The notes: generated by a model not told the origin, from the letters alone. A stretch of 64,000 nt of DNA from Eledone cirrhosa (GCA_964016885.1 OZ024741.1:169322001-169386000), one strand, 5' to 3'; positions 12,985 to 26,934 are shown, counted from the stretch's first letter. Numbers and translations: made by a program.

Positions 12985-15730
12985 TCTAGTGATAGAATAA
13001 TTAAGCTTAGATTAGTTGTAGGCAAGAGACTACTGACAATCATCTCTGCCTATGCTCCCCAGGCAGGCCTAGGTAAAGAAGAGAAAGACTGCTTTTACGA
13101 GCAACTTTTACAAACAGCCTCAATGACAGAGGACAGAGACATCCTTATGCTAGCAGGGGACTTCAATAGACATGTTGGACAGCTCCAGGATGGATACACT
13201 GGGGTACATGGTGGGCACGGTTACAGCTCAAGAAATGAAGGAGTGAGGCTTCTTGAATGTTGTGATACAAATGCACTAACCATTTACAACACTAAATTCC
13301 AGAAGCCTACAAACCACCTAATAACCTACAAATCGGGCGAACACATAAGCCAGATTGACTTCCTGCTAGTTAGACAGTGAGACAGACAGATGGTGTCAAA
13401 TACTAAGGCATACCCTGGGCATAGGTTAGTCATTAGTGACATCTCAGTAAGCATGAGAAAGAATGAGACATTACAGGAAGGTGTGGAAAAGGAAGGTCTG
13501 AAAGCTAAAAGACGTTTCATTAAAATATAAATTTAGCAAAGCCCTTCAAGACATGTATGACGAAAAAGAAGACGATTTAGAGTTGTATGACATAGATGAT
13601 AACTAGACTTTCTTACGTGACAACTTACTGCAGGCTACTGAAGAAACTTGTTGTTGGGCAGAGCTTCAACCAGATAGAGAGTGACCTGGTGGTGGAACGG
13701 CACAGTAGATAGGGCCAATAGAGACAAAAGACTGGCATGGAAGGTTTGGGAAAATGGTGGGAGTAGGGAAGGACACACAGCCGCTAAGAGAGAAGCTAGA
13801 CGTCAGGTGTACTTAGCACGCAGGGAGGCTGAGAGTAGGAGGTTTGCCAATGTTCTGTGACGGGAAGGTCAGAGATGTGCGGTGTGACGCATTGCAAGGC
13901 AGTGTGTCAGTGTAAATCAGGATGTTGTTGGAGATAAATGTGTCCAGAATGATGCCGGTGTACTTAGTGTCACGAATGATAAAAAAAAGGAGGTTTGGAA
14001 ATGTCACTCTGAGAGACTGATGAATGTGGAGAACAAATGAGACAGAGAGAAAATACCCCCAGTAGACCCAACAGAGGGACCAGCTATTGAGATTGACGAA
14101 TATAGGGTACAAGAGGCAATTAAGGAAATGAAGAATGGTAAGGCTGCTGGACCGTCAGGGATAGTTGCAGGCATCAGGAGAAGTAGGCATTAAACTGGTT
14201 GCACGCATCATTAATCACGTTATATATGGTGGTGTCATACCCAAAGACTGGTGCAGCAGTATTCTCATAAATTGCTACAAAGGTAAAGGGGATGCTCTAG
14301 AGAGGAGCAATTATAGGGGCTTAAAGCTGATGGATCAGGTTATGAAAGTGGCAGAGAGAATATTAGCACAACTGATTAGAGAAAGGGTCAAATTAGATGA
14401 GATGCAGTTTGGTTTTGTGCCCCGGAAAAGTACAACAGATGCCCTCTTCTTAGTGAGGCAACTGCAAGAGAAGTTCTTAGAGAAGAATAAGCCACTATAC
14501 TTAGCTTTTGTTGACCTAGAGAAGGCCTTTGATAGGGTACCCCGATCTGTCATCTGGTGGTCCCTAAGGAAACTAGGTGTAGAGGAATGGCTTGTGAGGA
14601 CAGTGCAAGCTATGTACAGAGGTGCTGTCAGTAAAGTGAGAGTAAGCATGGAGTTTAGTAAGGAATTCCAGATACAAGTAAGTGAACATTAGGGTTTGGT
14701 CCTTAGTCCGCTCTTGTTCATTATAGTCCTTAAGCCATAACAGAGGAGTTTAAGACTGGATGTTCATGGAAACTTCTATATGCTGATGATCTGGTTCTTA
14801 TAGCAGAATCAGTAGAGGAGCTAGAGAATAAATTCTGGCTATGGAAACAGCAGTTGGAAGCAAGAGGACTGAGAGTGAACATAGCTAAGACAAAAGTGTT
14901 GATAAGTAGAAGAGCGGACAATACTCCGATTCCATCAAGGAAATGGCCATGTTCAATATGTAGGAAAGGAACTGGCATAAATTCCATAAAATGTTCGCAA
15001 TGCAGATCTTGGGTACACAAGAGATGTAGTGGAATAGCAGGCAAACTAACAGGTAGGGAAAACTATGTATGCAGTAGATGTACAGGGAAAGTTGGCAGTA
15101 GTAATCGCAGTGATAGACACATTTTTCCAATGCAGGTGGGTTCTATAGAAGTGGTTGATAGCTTCCGGTACCTAGGTGATCAGATTAGCATGGGAGGGGG
15201 GTGTTCCAAGGCCATAGTATCTAGAATAAGGATGGGCTGGAAGAAGTTTAGGGAGCTGCTTCCTCTGTTGACAAAGAAGGGTTTCTCCCTGCGTACGAAA
15301 GGACAGTTATATGATGCCTGTGTGAGATGCGCGATGCTGCATGGTAGTGAGACATGGGTAGCAACAGCAGAGGATATGCGACTGCTGGAGAGAAATGAAG
15401 CAAGTATACTCCGTTGGATGTGCGTGAACAACTATGAATAGACGAGTTGAGAAAGAAACTGGGTATAAGATGGATAAGTTGTGGTGTGCCGGAGAGAAGG
15501 CTGAGATGGTATGGACATGTGATGCACATGGAGGATGACCGCTGGATAAAGAGGTGCCAAGAAATCCCAGTAGAAGGAAGACGCAGTAGAGGTAGACCTC
15601 AGATCGCTGAAACTCACCAAGGAGATGACAAAGGACCGTGACAAGTGGAGAGATGCTGAATAGGACCCGTCTAACCCTTGCAAGCAGGGAAAAGTGGACG
15701 TAAAATGATGATGATGATAATGATGATGAT
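12985..15730 (+). mobile_element. Degraded RTE-clade LINE, second subfamily (APE endonuclease, RT, PHD-type finger)
   Basis: AYAPQ, AGDFN, SQIDFLLVR, NYRGLKLM, FVDLEKAFDRVPR, LLYADD; several stops and frameshifts; (GAT)n tail. Confidence 0.92.
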
Positions 15731-15810
15731 ATATATATATAGTTATATAAATAGCTCTGTAGCCTACATAGAGCACTCTCCTTTCCTTTACCTTTTCTAC
15801 GGAAACACTT

Positions 15811-16595
<785 letters not shown>

Positions 16596-16596
16596 T

Positions 16597-16734
16597 AATA
16601 TTTAATATAGAAAAGGCTTCTACAGGACTGAAACTGTTTCATTTGAAGGAAAGTATAAGAAAAGGGCTTTCCTGATGATTTCCTTAGAATGAAACAGTTC
16701 TAGTCCTGTAGAAGCCATTTCTATATTAAATATT
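16597..16734 (+). ncRNA. Imperfect palindrome with degenerate hammerhead core
   Basis: agggct-ttc-CTGATGA-tttccttagaat-GAAAC-agttct-agtcct; inverted arms about 16597-16652 and 16679-16734. Confidence 0.5.
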
Positions 16735-16820
16735 GTATATACTCTACTATGTATTGAGTACCTTACTTACTGTGGTTCCCCCTGATTGAACCCAGGATAC
16801 ATATATATATATATATATAT

Positions 16821-17300
16821 GAGATCGTGTAGGTGTCATGACAAAAAAACACACAGTCCACGCTGTAAATGTGGCCGTGTAGGCAACATGGTAAAAACCT
16901 CCCAGCCCCACACTGTAAATGTGGTTGGTGTTAGGAAGGGCATCCAGCTGTAGAAAACCCGCCAGACAGTCCACACTGTAATGTGGCCATGTAGGCAACA
17001 TGGTAAAAACCTCCCAGCCCCACACTGTAAATGTGGTTGGTGTTACGAAGGGCATCCAGCTGTAGAAAACCCGCCAGACAATCCACGCTGTAATGTGGCC
17101 GTGTAGGCAACATGGTAAAAACCTCCCAGCCCCACACTGTAAATGTGGTTGGTGTTAGGAAGGGCATCCAGCTGTAGAAAACCCGCCAGACAGTCCTATG
17201 CGAGCAAGACAACACCACTCTTGCCTCAAGTGGGAAAACCCCCGTCCAAACCCATGCAAGCGTGGAACACGGACGCTAAACCTTGATGATGATGATGATA
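16821..17300 (+). mobile_element. RTE 3'UTR fragment with three tandem ~112-bp units
   Basis: Units start at 16853, 16966 and 17078; ends in (GAT)n. Confidence 0.85.
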
Positions 17301-17673
17301 TATATATATATATATTCACAGTATGACTCATCCAGTAATTATGTCAAACTCTTTTAAATATATTCAGAAATATCTGAAAGATTTTAGGCTACAAAACACT
17401 AATAATACATAAAATAAAGTGAAACTGTTAGTATGTATAGTCTCCTCTTTCGCACTATATGCTGACTGATCTTCACATTCATTTATATTTATAGGTATAT
17501 GCATATATATATATATGAAGGTTTATACACATTTATATATACGAGCTTTTGATTCCGTAGTCGGGCCAGATCAATACAGATCGAACCTTGAGCTGATCAA
17601 TAGCGAAACGTGTGTCACTACTCAATAAACATAATGAAGACATAACAAATCGTCCTTTTATTATTATTTTATC

Positions 17674-17746
<73 letters not shown>

Positions 17747-17831
17747 GGAGGTGAGTTTTATTGTAGTACAATAAAGCAATGCAGATATCGGATAAGAAGC
17801 ACTCTACAGTTTGTAGGACTGGAGTATACAT

Positions 17832-17988
17832 AATTGTTTCTACTTTTGGCACAAGGCCAGCAATTATCCAGTGCATTACTGGTACTTTATTTTATCGACC
17901 CCGTAAGGATGAAAGGCAAAGTTAACCTCGGCGGGATTTGAACTCAAACCATAAAGGGGCGTAACTCTTTGCTGCAAAGCTAGCGTCA
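17832..17988 (-). mobile_element. Meta-type SINE inserted into the palindromic hammerhead element
   Basis: Family match; absent from the homologous position in the 26268 copy. Confidence 0.8.
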
Positions 17989-18212
17989 ATCAAAAGATGG
18001 TTAAAGGAGTTCCATGTATTTTATTATGCGCATTTCAAAAACAAACATCATCATGCAATAATATTTGTGTTTTCATCAGATAAAACAGGAGAACATGATA
18101 TGAAGGCTAAAAACACTTGTGGATAGTGCAATTTTAAATCAACATATCATATATGTTGATTTAAAACTGCACTATCCACAAGTGTTTTTAGCCTTCATAT
18201 CATGTTCTCCTG

Positions 18213-18279
18213 TTTTATCTGATGAAAATACAAATATTATTGCATGATGATGTTTGTTTTTGAAATGCGCATAATAAAA
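18213..18279 (+). ncRNA. Type I hammerhead ribozyme motif, intact-looking
   Basis: ttttat-CTGATGA-long stem II-GAAA-TGCGCA-TA-ataaaa; self-complementary stem III; AUA cleavage triplet. Confidence 0.78.
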
Positions 18280-18311
18280 TACATGGAACTCCTTTAACCA
18301 TCTTTTGATCT

Positions 18312-18356
<45 letters not shown>

Positions 18357-18359
18357 ATG

Positions 18360-18485
18360 AATAGGAAAAAGTATGACCCCGACGGCAGAGCTCAAGCCGT
18401 TTTGACGGCTATTTCTGGACGAGTCCAGAAATAGCCTTCGAAATTGCTTGAGCTCTGCCGTCGGGGTCATACTTTTTTCTATTTC
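18360..18485. repeat. Palindrome with ~60-bp arms in (TA)n
   Basis: GAAAAAGTATGACCCCGACGGCAGAGCTCAAGC...GCTTGAGCTCTGCCGTCGGGGTCATACTTTTT. Confidence 0.88.
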
Positions 18486-18574
18486 TTACTCTACTACCCT
18501 AAGTATTGAGTACTCTGGTGCATTATGGTCCATCCGGTTCCTTACCACAATTCCTTTGTTATATATATATATAC

Positions 18575-18620
<46 letters not shown>

Positions 18621-18774
18621 ATATATATATACATATATATGTGCGTGTGTGTGTATATATATATACATATATATACACACCCACATAATCGGAACTTGAA
18701 ACCATAGGTAGCGCTTTTTGTTGTATATGAGCATAAATAATAATGTATGTATGTGTATATATATATATATATAA

Positions 18775-19100
18775 GAAGGCACATGGCTTTGTGATTAGGG
18801 TATTTGGCTTATAATTGTAAAGTTGTGATTTTGAATCCCAGCAGTATGTTGTGTCCTTGAGCAAGACACTTTAATTCCCATTGCTCCAGTTCACTCAGCT
18901 GGCAAAATTGAGATGTAGCTGTACTTTGAATGGCCAGCCATGTCACATTGTGTGTCACACTGAATCTCCCAGAAAACTACAATCAGGCTTACGATGTCTG
19001 TGGAATGCTAAGACACTTGCACGTTAATTTCATGAGCAGGCTCTTCCATTGATCAGATCAACTGGAACACTCATCGCCGTAAATGACAAAATGACCCAGT
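18775..19100 (+). mobile_element. CORE-like tRNA SINE
   Basis: tRNA head plus GTGTCCTTGAGCAAGACACTT. Confidence 0.75.
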
Positions 19101-19104
19101 TCAG

Positions 19105-19310
19105 TATCATCATCATCATCATCATCATCGTTTAACGTCCGTGTTCCACGCTTGCATGGGTTTGGACGGGAGTTTTCCCACTTGAGGCAAGAGTGGTTGT
19201 CTTGCTCGCATAGGACTGTCTGGCGGGTTTTCTACAGTTGGATGCCCTTCCTAACACCAACCACATTTACAGTGTGGGGCTGGGAGGTTTTTACCGTGTT
19301 GCCTACACGG
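19105..19310 (-). mobile_element. RTE 3'UTR fragment
   Basis: Matches the 3' ends of the longer RTE copies. Confidence 0.85.
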
Positions 19311-19342
<32 letters not shown>

Positions 19343-19394
19343 CAGACACACCACATATATAGTGTAGTGTATTGTAATTTAGTACTGAATAGTT

Positions 19395-19900
19395 GGGTGA
19401 ACACTCAATCCATGTGACAAATGAATACCCTCCATCAAGCATCTACCATACTCTGAACACCTTGCTTCTCTGGGCATGGATACTTTAAAGCTCTGACGTC
19501 TGGAAACTGACTTGGTAGACACCCACAAAATTATTAGCCACCTTGCCAACAGCAACCCTGAAGACCTTTTTGAATTCCATTGACATGCTTACAAAGTCAG
19601 AAAACAGTACAGCTACCATGACTTTCGGAAACATTTGTTCATGCTCAGAGTTGCTGAAGCAAAGAACAAACTACCTGCATCAGTTGTTAGCTGTTGGACA
19701 CGACATCCTTCAAAACTTCCATGCTTCCCAAAATTTGCCAACACTACACACCTGCTATTCCCCCTCCATACACATGCACGCATATATCTATGTGTATACC
19801 ATGACTCATACACTGTTCGCTTTCCTGACATTTGTACATTATTCTATGTACTATACATGCACCTTTGATGAGTTGTAGTGCACCTAAACATTGTATACAA
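19395..19900 (+). mobile_element. Degraded CR1-type LINE 3' fragment
   Basis: SLGMDTLKL*RLETDLVDTHKII...HAYKVRKQ...FRKHLFMLRVAEAKNKLPASVV resembles CR1 ORF2 C-termini. Confidence 0.6.
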
Positions 19901-21033
19901 TAATTTTCATTATTATTATTATTTAAGTTATAGTGTACAGATATTTATTATACTATCTATTCTGTCATTTAGGTACATGTGTTTCTTTGGCTGCCTATTT
20001 CAGATATTATTGTGTCAGGCCCCAAATCTTCAGCCTCTATTGACTCCATTTCACCAACTGAATATAAGGGCAGATTTCTTCCTAAAGAACTGGAAAAATT
20101 CGCCTTTGCTGGATTAAAAGAACTCTAACATGACAGATTCTACTCACTGGCTACCAATATCACTTACCTACTTCCACATGAGCCTTCCTCTTAAAATTCA
20201 TTAATATTTTCCTTTTTAACTCTATGGGTGCTATAGTTACATATATGTATGGTTTTGAGATGACTTTTTTGTTTTGCTTTGCATGTGACAACTTTTCAAG
20301 TATTGGTACCACTATAAAATGTACCTAGTCCACTCTGTAAAGTGGTAGTGTTGGTGTCATTAAAAAGCACATCCAGTAAAACATTAAGGTGGTTAGAGTT
20401 ATCAAAGACATCCAATTGTTGAAAGTATAATGAGCAAGATGTGTCATTCCAACCTATCACGTCTCTGAAAGTGGATGTACAATAATGATGATGATATATG
20501 CTCTGTCTTACCTGCAAAGAGAATTATATCGGTCAGATTAGTAACCCTTTGTATGAATAAGTCAGGGTACACAAACAACAGATACTAAAACTGGGACTAA
20601 GGAAAATCTCACAAAATTATTCTTTAAAACTTTGTGGAACAGTAAATTCAAAATATTTCCTTTATATAAATGTACCAATTACAAATTAGAGATTAAAAAT
20701 GAAATAAAGAAATTCACTCTGAGACTAAACAATAACAGACCTACTTAAAGAGATACAAAAATATATATAATGAATTTCCTGTTGACTACCTCTATAATAA
20801 CAGCTAAATTTATATCTTGCTAAATCTTGTGCTAGATTCAAATTATAAGCAATGTTTCCATCAGCATCATTTTACATCTGCTTTTCTGTATTCACATGTG
20901 TTGGATGGGTCTTTTCCAACACAACCTCCCTCCACTCATTGCAGTACTTATCATATCCTCTGTGTGCTTCAGTTATTTGAGATCATCATCATCATCATAA
21001 TCATCATCATCATCATCACCATCACCGTCATCG

Positions 21034-21073
<40 letters not shown>

Positions 21074-21233
21074 TTAACATCGACTTTCCCTTGGATGGGT
21101 TTACATAGACAAAGTCAGTACTGAAGCCGGGCTACTGACCACCAAGACATATTGTAGGGTTTTGGTTGATAAACTTCATAAGGCTGGATGCCCTTCCTAT
21201 CAACAACCACTTTACAGTGTGTACTGGATGTAT

Positions 21234-22890
21234 TGTTTCCATCAGCATCATTTTACAACTGCTTTTCTATATTTGCATGTGTTGGATGGGTCTTTTCCAA
21301 TACAACCTCCCTCCACTTATTGCAGTACTTATCATATCCTCTGTGTGCTTCAGTTATTTGAAATCATCTCTCACAACTTCCCTCTACTGCAGCTTCCTTC
21401 CATTGGAATTTCTTGACTCTTCTTCACCCAATGATCATCTTCCACAGATCCATATCAGTGCAGTCATCTCTCCTGCACACTATGTCTGATTCCTCTTATA
21501 CCCAGCTCTGCACTCACCTCATCTATGCTTCATCATAAATGCATACTAATATGGTACATTCATCAAAGCATGCTTCTTTCATTCCTCTCTAGCTTTCATA
21601 TGTCTTCTGCATTCACTGTCTTTGTCTCATTACCATGCAACATTGTGCATTGCATACAGGCATCATACAGCTGGCTTTCATTCATAGAGAGATACCTTTT
21701 AATGTCAACAGAGGTAGTAACTCCCTGAACTTCTGCCAGCTTGTTCTTATTCTAGCTACTATATTCTCAGAGCAACCTTCTCCACGGCTAATTTTATTAC
21801 CTAGGTAACAGAAGCTATCAACTATGTCTATGGATCCTTCATGGGACTGGAAAACATTTATTTCACTGAAGCTCTTACTACTAACTATCTCTGTGTATTT
21901 GCTACATACTAGTTTACCTTTTCTGCTAGTCTGCCCACTATTCCACTATACTTCATGTGTACATCGTAGAGTTTCTACCTATACATTTTCTACATATCAA
22001 GCAAGGCTATTTCCCTGAAGGGATCAGGGTTTTGTCTTTTCTACTTTCTAAAACTTTAGATTTTCCCAAATACACTCTAAGCCATTTTGTTTCTAATTTC
22101 TGTTTCTAAAGCCAGAATTTCTTCTCTAGCTCTTCCACTGATTCAGCTATAAGAACCATGTCATCAATATATAAAGGTTCCCATGCCAGTCTTACACTCT
22201 TCCATATAGGCCTGGAGAACTATAATAAACAGAAGTGGTCTGAGGACTGAGCCCAGATGAACACTTACTTGCATTCTAAACTCCACACTAAACTCATTAC
22301 CTACTCTCAGTTTACTGACAGCTCCTCTGTATATGACTTCACTACTTTCACAAACCAAACCAATTTTCTATCCCTAATATTCTTAAGGACCACAAGATGA
22401 CAGATCTTGATATTCTGTCAAAGGTCTTCTCTAGATCCATGAAAGCGAGATAGGCTTACACTTAGCTAAGAACTCCTCTTCTAATTATCTCACTAAGAAA
22501 AGGGCAACTGTGGTGCTCCTTCCTGGAATAAAACCAAACTGCATCTCACCTAATTTAATTCTTTCTTTAATTAGCTGTGTTAAAACTCTTTCTATCACTT
22601 TCAAAACTAAGTCTATCAGTTTTATACCTCTGCAGTTGCTCCTTTCTAACACATCACTTTTTCCCTTGTAACAATTAATGAATATACTGCTATGCTAGTC
22701 ATTGGGTATAACCCCATCATGCATTATCTGATTGATTATGTGAATGACTAATTTGACTCCTACTTCCCCAGAAGATTTCAGCATCTCAGCAACTATCTCT
22801 GATGGACCAGTGGCTTTACAATTTTTCATCTCCTTGATTACTTCTTTGACCCTTTAACTGTCAATTTTGATAGCTGGTCCCACTGTTGGA
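21234..22890 (-). mobile_element. Old degraded RTE LINE
   Basis: SVHLGSVLRPLLFIIVLQA and MQFGF remnants; many stops. Confidence 0.8.
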
Positions 22891-23035
22891 TCAGTTATCA
22901 GAAGAAGTCTTTCTTTCTACCATCCATTCTTCACAATCATCACCCTCTCATAATATTATTATTTCCAAGCCTCTTTCCTTTGAGCATACTATATATTTGT
23001 ATGTATATATATACATAATTATGTGTGTGTGTATA

Positions 23036-23071
<36 letters not shown>

Positions 23072-23555
23072 TATACACATGAGAAACACAACCGTGATTA
23101 GTGATAGGAAGATAGGAAGGGCATCCAGCCATAGAAAGCTTGCCAAACAAAAGTTGGGGGGGGGGCTTCAGGTGTGTCAAGGACATGACAACCTCCCTAA
23201 TGTTGATGATCTACATGATAAAAGCATGCAGTGCACACTGTAAAGAGGTTGCTGATAGAAAGGGCATCGAGCCTTATGAAGTTTATCAAACAAAAGATTG
23301 GAAGGGCCCTTCAGTTTGTGTAAAAAGACATGACAAACTCTCCTGGCGGTGGTGGTGGTGGTGGGGATGATGATGATGATGGTGATGATGATGGTGATGA
23401 TGATGATGATGATGACGATGATGGTGATGATGATGGTGATGGTGATCATATAATAAACAAGCCTTGCAACCACAAAACTTTTAATGATTCAAACTAAATA
23501 TATACTTAAAGATATCAAATAACTGATTAGAAAATGTAATATGTATATATATTTA

Positions 23556-23628
23556 CAGGGTGTCCCAAAACAATGTATACACACTTGAACAGCATTCCAA
23601 TAAGTATACATTTTTGGGGGACACCCTG
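23556..23628. mobile_element. Tiny Tc1/mariner-like MITE
   Basis: TA-CAGGGTGTCCC...GGGACACCCTG terminal inverted repeats; relative at 30286-30351. Confidence 0.6.
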
Positions 23629-23842
23629 TGTATATATATGTTATAATTTTTTATATTTTCCCTAACAATCAGATACCACCATACCACCCTGTCTAATCTT
23701 CACTTTCTTCCCAAAATCGAGAATCCATGCATATTCATACTTTGTTATTATTGATTAAACTTTTATTCCTTACATTCCTGTTGCTCCAAACCAAATTATT
23801 CAGTTAGTAATCTAAGTAAAAGATTTCTTTGTAACATGTGTG

Positions 23843-23888
<46 letters not shown>

Positions 23889-23891
<3 letters not shown>

Positions 23892-26164
23892 TCATCATCA
23901 TCATCATCATCATCAACGTTTAACGTCCGTGTTCCACGCTTGCATGGGTTTGGACGGGGGTAGTCCCACTTGAGGCAAGAGTGATTGTCTTGCTCGCATA
24001 GGACTGTCTGGCAGGTTTTCTACAGTTGGATGCCCTTCCTAACACCAACCACATTTACAGTGTGGGTCTGGGAGGTTTTTACCGTGTTGCCTACACGGCC
24101 ACATTACAGCGTGGACTGTGTGTTTTTTTGTCGTGACACCTACACGATCTCATTTGTTTCGGCCTCGATGGCGCGGCACCAACATAACTTTACATAGAAC
24201 GGGGTGGTGTGGATGGGGTGGGGGTGGTGGTGGTGGGACGGGGTGTATTTTGTTAGAGATGCCTACTGGCTGGAGTAGGTTTTACTATATATTTAGGTAA
24301 GGCGGGTCTTCTCTGTTACTGAGTACCGCCAAAGGTCTCGGTCCAGTGACATTGTCTTGGAGAGGTGTAAGTGTGTGATGTCGGAGTTTATCAGCTCGTC
24401 CCAGGTTTTTCTAGGTCTGCCTATTCCGTGACTACCGTCTATCTTTATTGCCCTGCACTTTGTTATACAGCTATCGACTTTCATGCGCATCACGTGTCCA
24501 TACCAACGTAGCCTTCTCTCGAGTAAACAACATCTGATCCCTCTTATCTCTAATTTTTTCCTTAGTTCGTTTATGCTTTGCCGTTCACGTATATTACTGT
24601 TACACATCCAGCGGAGCATGCAAGCTTCGTTCCTCTCTAGTCTGCGTATATCCTCTACACACAATGCCCAGGTCTCACTGCCATGCAGCATTGCTGTTCG
24701 TATGCAGGCATCGTATAACCTGCCTTTCATTTTTAGGGAGAACCCTTTAGCAGCTAATAGTGGTATAAGCTCTCTGAACTTTTTCCAACCAGTTCTGACT
24801 CTAGCTACAGTACTTTCAGAGCACCCTCCCCCACTGCTGATTTTATCGCCCAGATAACGGAAGCTGTCCACTATTTCTATAGAACCCTCTGCGCAATTGA
24901 AAGAGCTAGTATTTTGTGGGCACTTGCTGCTACTTATTGCACCAGAGCACCGGCCACATGTAAAATCTATGTTCTTAGTTAGCTTACCTGTGATCCCACT
25001 ACATCTTTTATGCACCCATACTTTGCATTTAGGACATAAAATGGAGTTTCTACCTACGCCTTTCCTACACACCGAGCACGACCATTTCCCAGAAGGGACC
25101 GCCGCCTTGTTTTCTTTCCTACAAACTAGTACTTTGGTCTTAGCCAGGTTAATTTTAAGTCCTTTTGACTCTAGGCCGTGCTTCCATGTTTGGAATTTCT
25201 TCTCTAGCTCGGCCATTGATTCCGCTATGAGTGTCAGGTCGTCTGCGTATAGGAGTTCCCATGGGCAGCCTGTCTTGAACTCCTCTGTTATAGCCTGAAG
25301 GGCAATAATAAATAGTAGTGGGCTGAGAACAGAGCCCTGATGGACGCCAACTTTTACACTAAACTCTTCACTATATTCGTTGTTAATTCTAACCTTGCTG
25401 ACTGTTTCTTTATACATGGCTTGTATAGCCCTCACAAGCCATTCGTCAACACCTAGTTTTCTAAGAGCCTACCAGATAATGGAGCGGGGGACTCTGTCGA
25501 AGGCTTTCTCCAAGTCGACAAAAGCTAAGTAGAGGGGTTTACCTTTAGCTAGGTACTTCTCCTGTAGTTGTCGTACTATGAAAAGAGCGTCTGTGGTACT
25601 TTTGCCTGACACAAACCCGAACTGCATTTCATCTAGGTCAATTCTCTCTCTGATTAGTTGCGCTATTACTTTTTCCGTGACCTTCATGACCTGGTCGATT
25701 AATTTAATGCCTCTATAGTTACTCCTATCTAGGGCGTCTCCTTTACCCTTATAACAGTTAACGATGATGCTGCTATGCCAGTCCTTCGGAACAACCCCAT
25801 TCTGTACGACTTGGTTAACTATGCGGGTGACCATGGTGTGTCCCACCGTGCCAGATGCCTTCAGCATCTCAGCAACTATTTCCGAAGGCCCAGCCGCCTT
25901 ACCCGTCTTCATATCCTTGATTGCCTTACTTATTATACTCCCCTCGACTAACACTGCTGGCCCCTCTATTGGGTCGATATGGGGGAGACTGTCTTTCTCC
26001 CATTTATTCTCCTCATTTAGTAGCCTTTCATAGTGACACTTCCAAGCTACCTTCTTATCAGCGTCGGTGATGGCAAGTGTGCCATCGTTGTTTAGTACAC
26101 ACTTCTCCCCGACAATATCACGGTTTTCCTTGACGCATTGCCTAGCAATCCTGAACACCTCACG

Positions 26165-26165
<1 letters not shown>
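23889..26165 (-). mobile_element. Young 5'-truncated RTE LINE (RT with PHD-type finger)
   Basis: In-frame ORFs 25469-26158 and 24293-25435 separated by one stop; LLYADD; both ends abut (TA)n. Confidence 0.95.
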
Positions 26166-26215
<50 letters not shown>

Positions 26216-26231
26216 CACACATATATATATA

Positions 26232-26266
<35 letters not shown>

Positions 26267-26267
26267 A

Positions 26268-26684
26268 TGTAGGAGGTGAGTTTTATTGTAGTACAATAAA
26301 GCAATGCAGATATCGGATAATAAGCACTCTACAGTTTGTAGGACTGGAGTATACATAATATATAAGAACAAAAGATGGTTAAAAGAGTTCCATGTATTTT
26401 ATTATGCGCATTTCAAAAACAAATATCATCATGCAATAATATTTGTGTTTTCATCAGATAAAACATGAAGACATGATATGAAGGTTAAAAAACACTTGTG
26501 GATAGTTCAGTTTTCAATCAACACATGTTGATTTAAAACTGAACTATCCACAAGTGTTTTTTAACCTTCATATCATGTCTTCATGTTTTATCTGATGAAA
26601 ACACAAATATTATTGCATGATGATATTTGTTTTTGAAATGCGCATAATAAAATACATGGAACTCTTTTAACCATCTTTTGTTCT

Positions 26685-26693
<9 letters not shown>
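26268..26693. mobile_element. Palindromic Penelope-like relic with two hammerheads (copy 2)
   Basis: Same leader; palindrome 26356-26693; hammerheads at 26397-26463 (-) and 26586-26652 (+). Confidence 0.8.
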
Positions 26694-26719
<26 letters not shown>

Positions 26720-26723
<4 letters not shown>

Positions 26724-26934
26724 AAAAGAGAAAACACAGGTAAGCATTAAAAAAAGGATTTTATCCAGGTATTTACGACCGTTTCATTGGTAAGTGCAAC
26801 CTTATATTGCTATACTGCAAATAGCAGCCACTCGATAATAACTGTTATTCACCTCCAAATTTTCAAAATAATACATTATTATACCTGGATAAAATCCTTT
26901 TTTTTAATGCTTACCTGTGTTTTCTCTTTTATTG
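26720..26934. repeat. Inverted repeat (~52-bp arms) with a 3' half hammerhead
   Basis: Arms about 26720-26772 and 26881-26934; minus-strand GAAAC-GGTC-GTA adjoins the left arm. Confidence 0.7.

Larger units (their letters stand above)
17743..18315. mobile_element. Palindromic Penelope-like relic with two hammerheads (copy 1)
   Basis: ~90-bp leader plus a palindrome of ~160-bp arms centred near 18148; hammerheads at 18019-18085 (-) and 18213-18279 (+). Confidence 0.8.

Noticed and set aside
16853-17190. CRISPR-like repeat array
   Set aside because: Tandem units without unique spacers, part of an RTE 3'UTR in eukaryotic DNA
25469-25471. In-frame TAG in an RTE RT as another recoding site
   Set aside because: The other RTE copies have TGG here (IIWW, VIWW), so it is a private mutation, unlike the shared R4 stop
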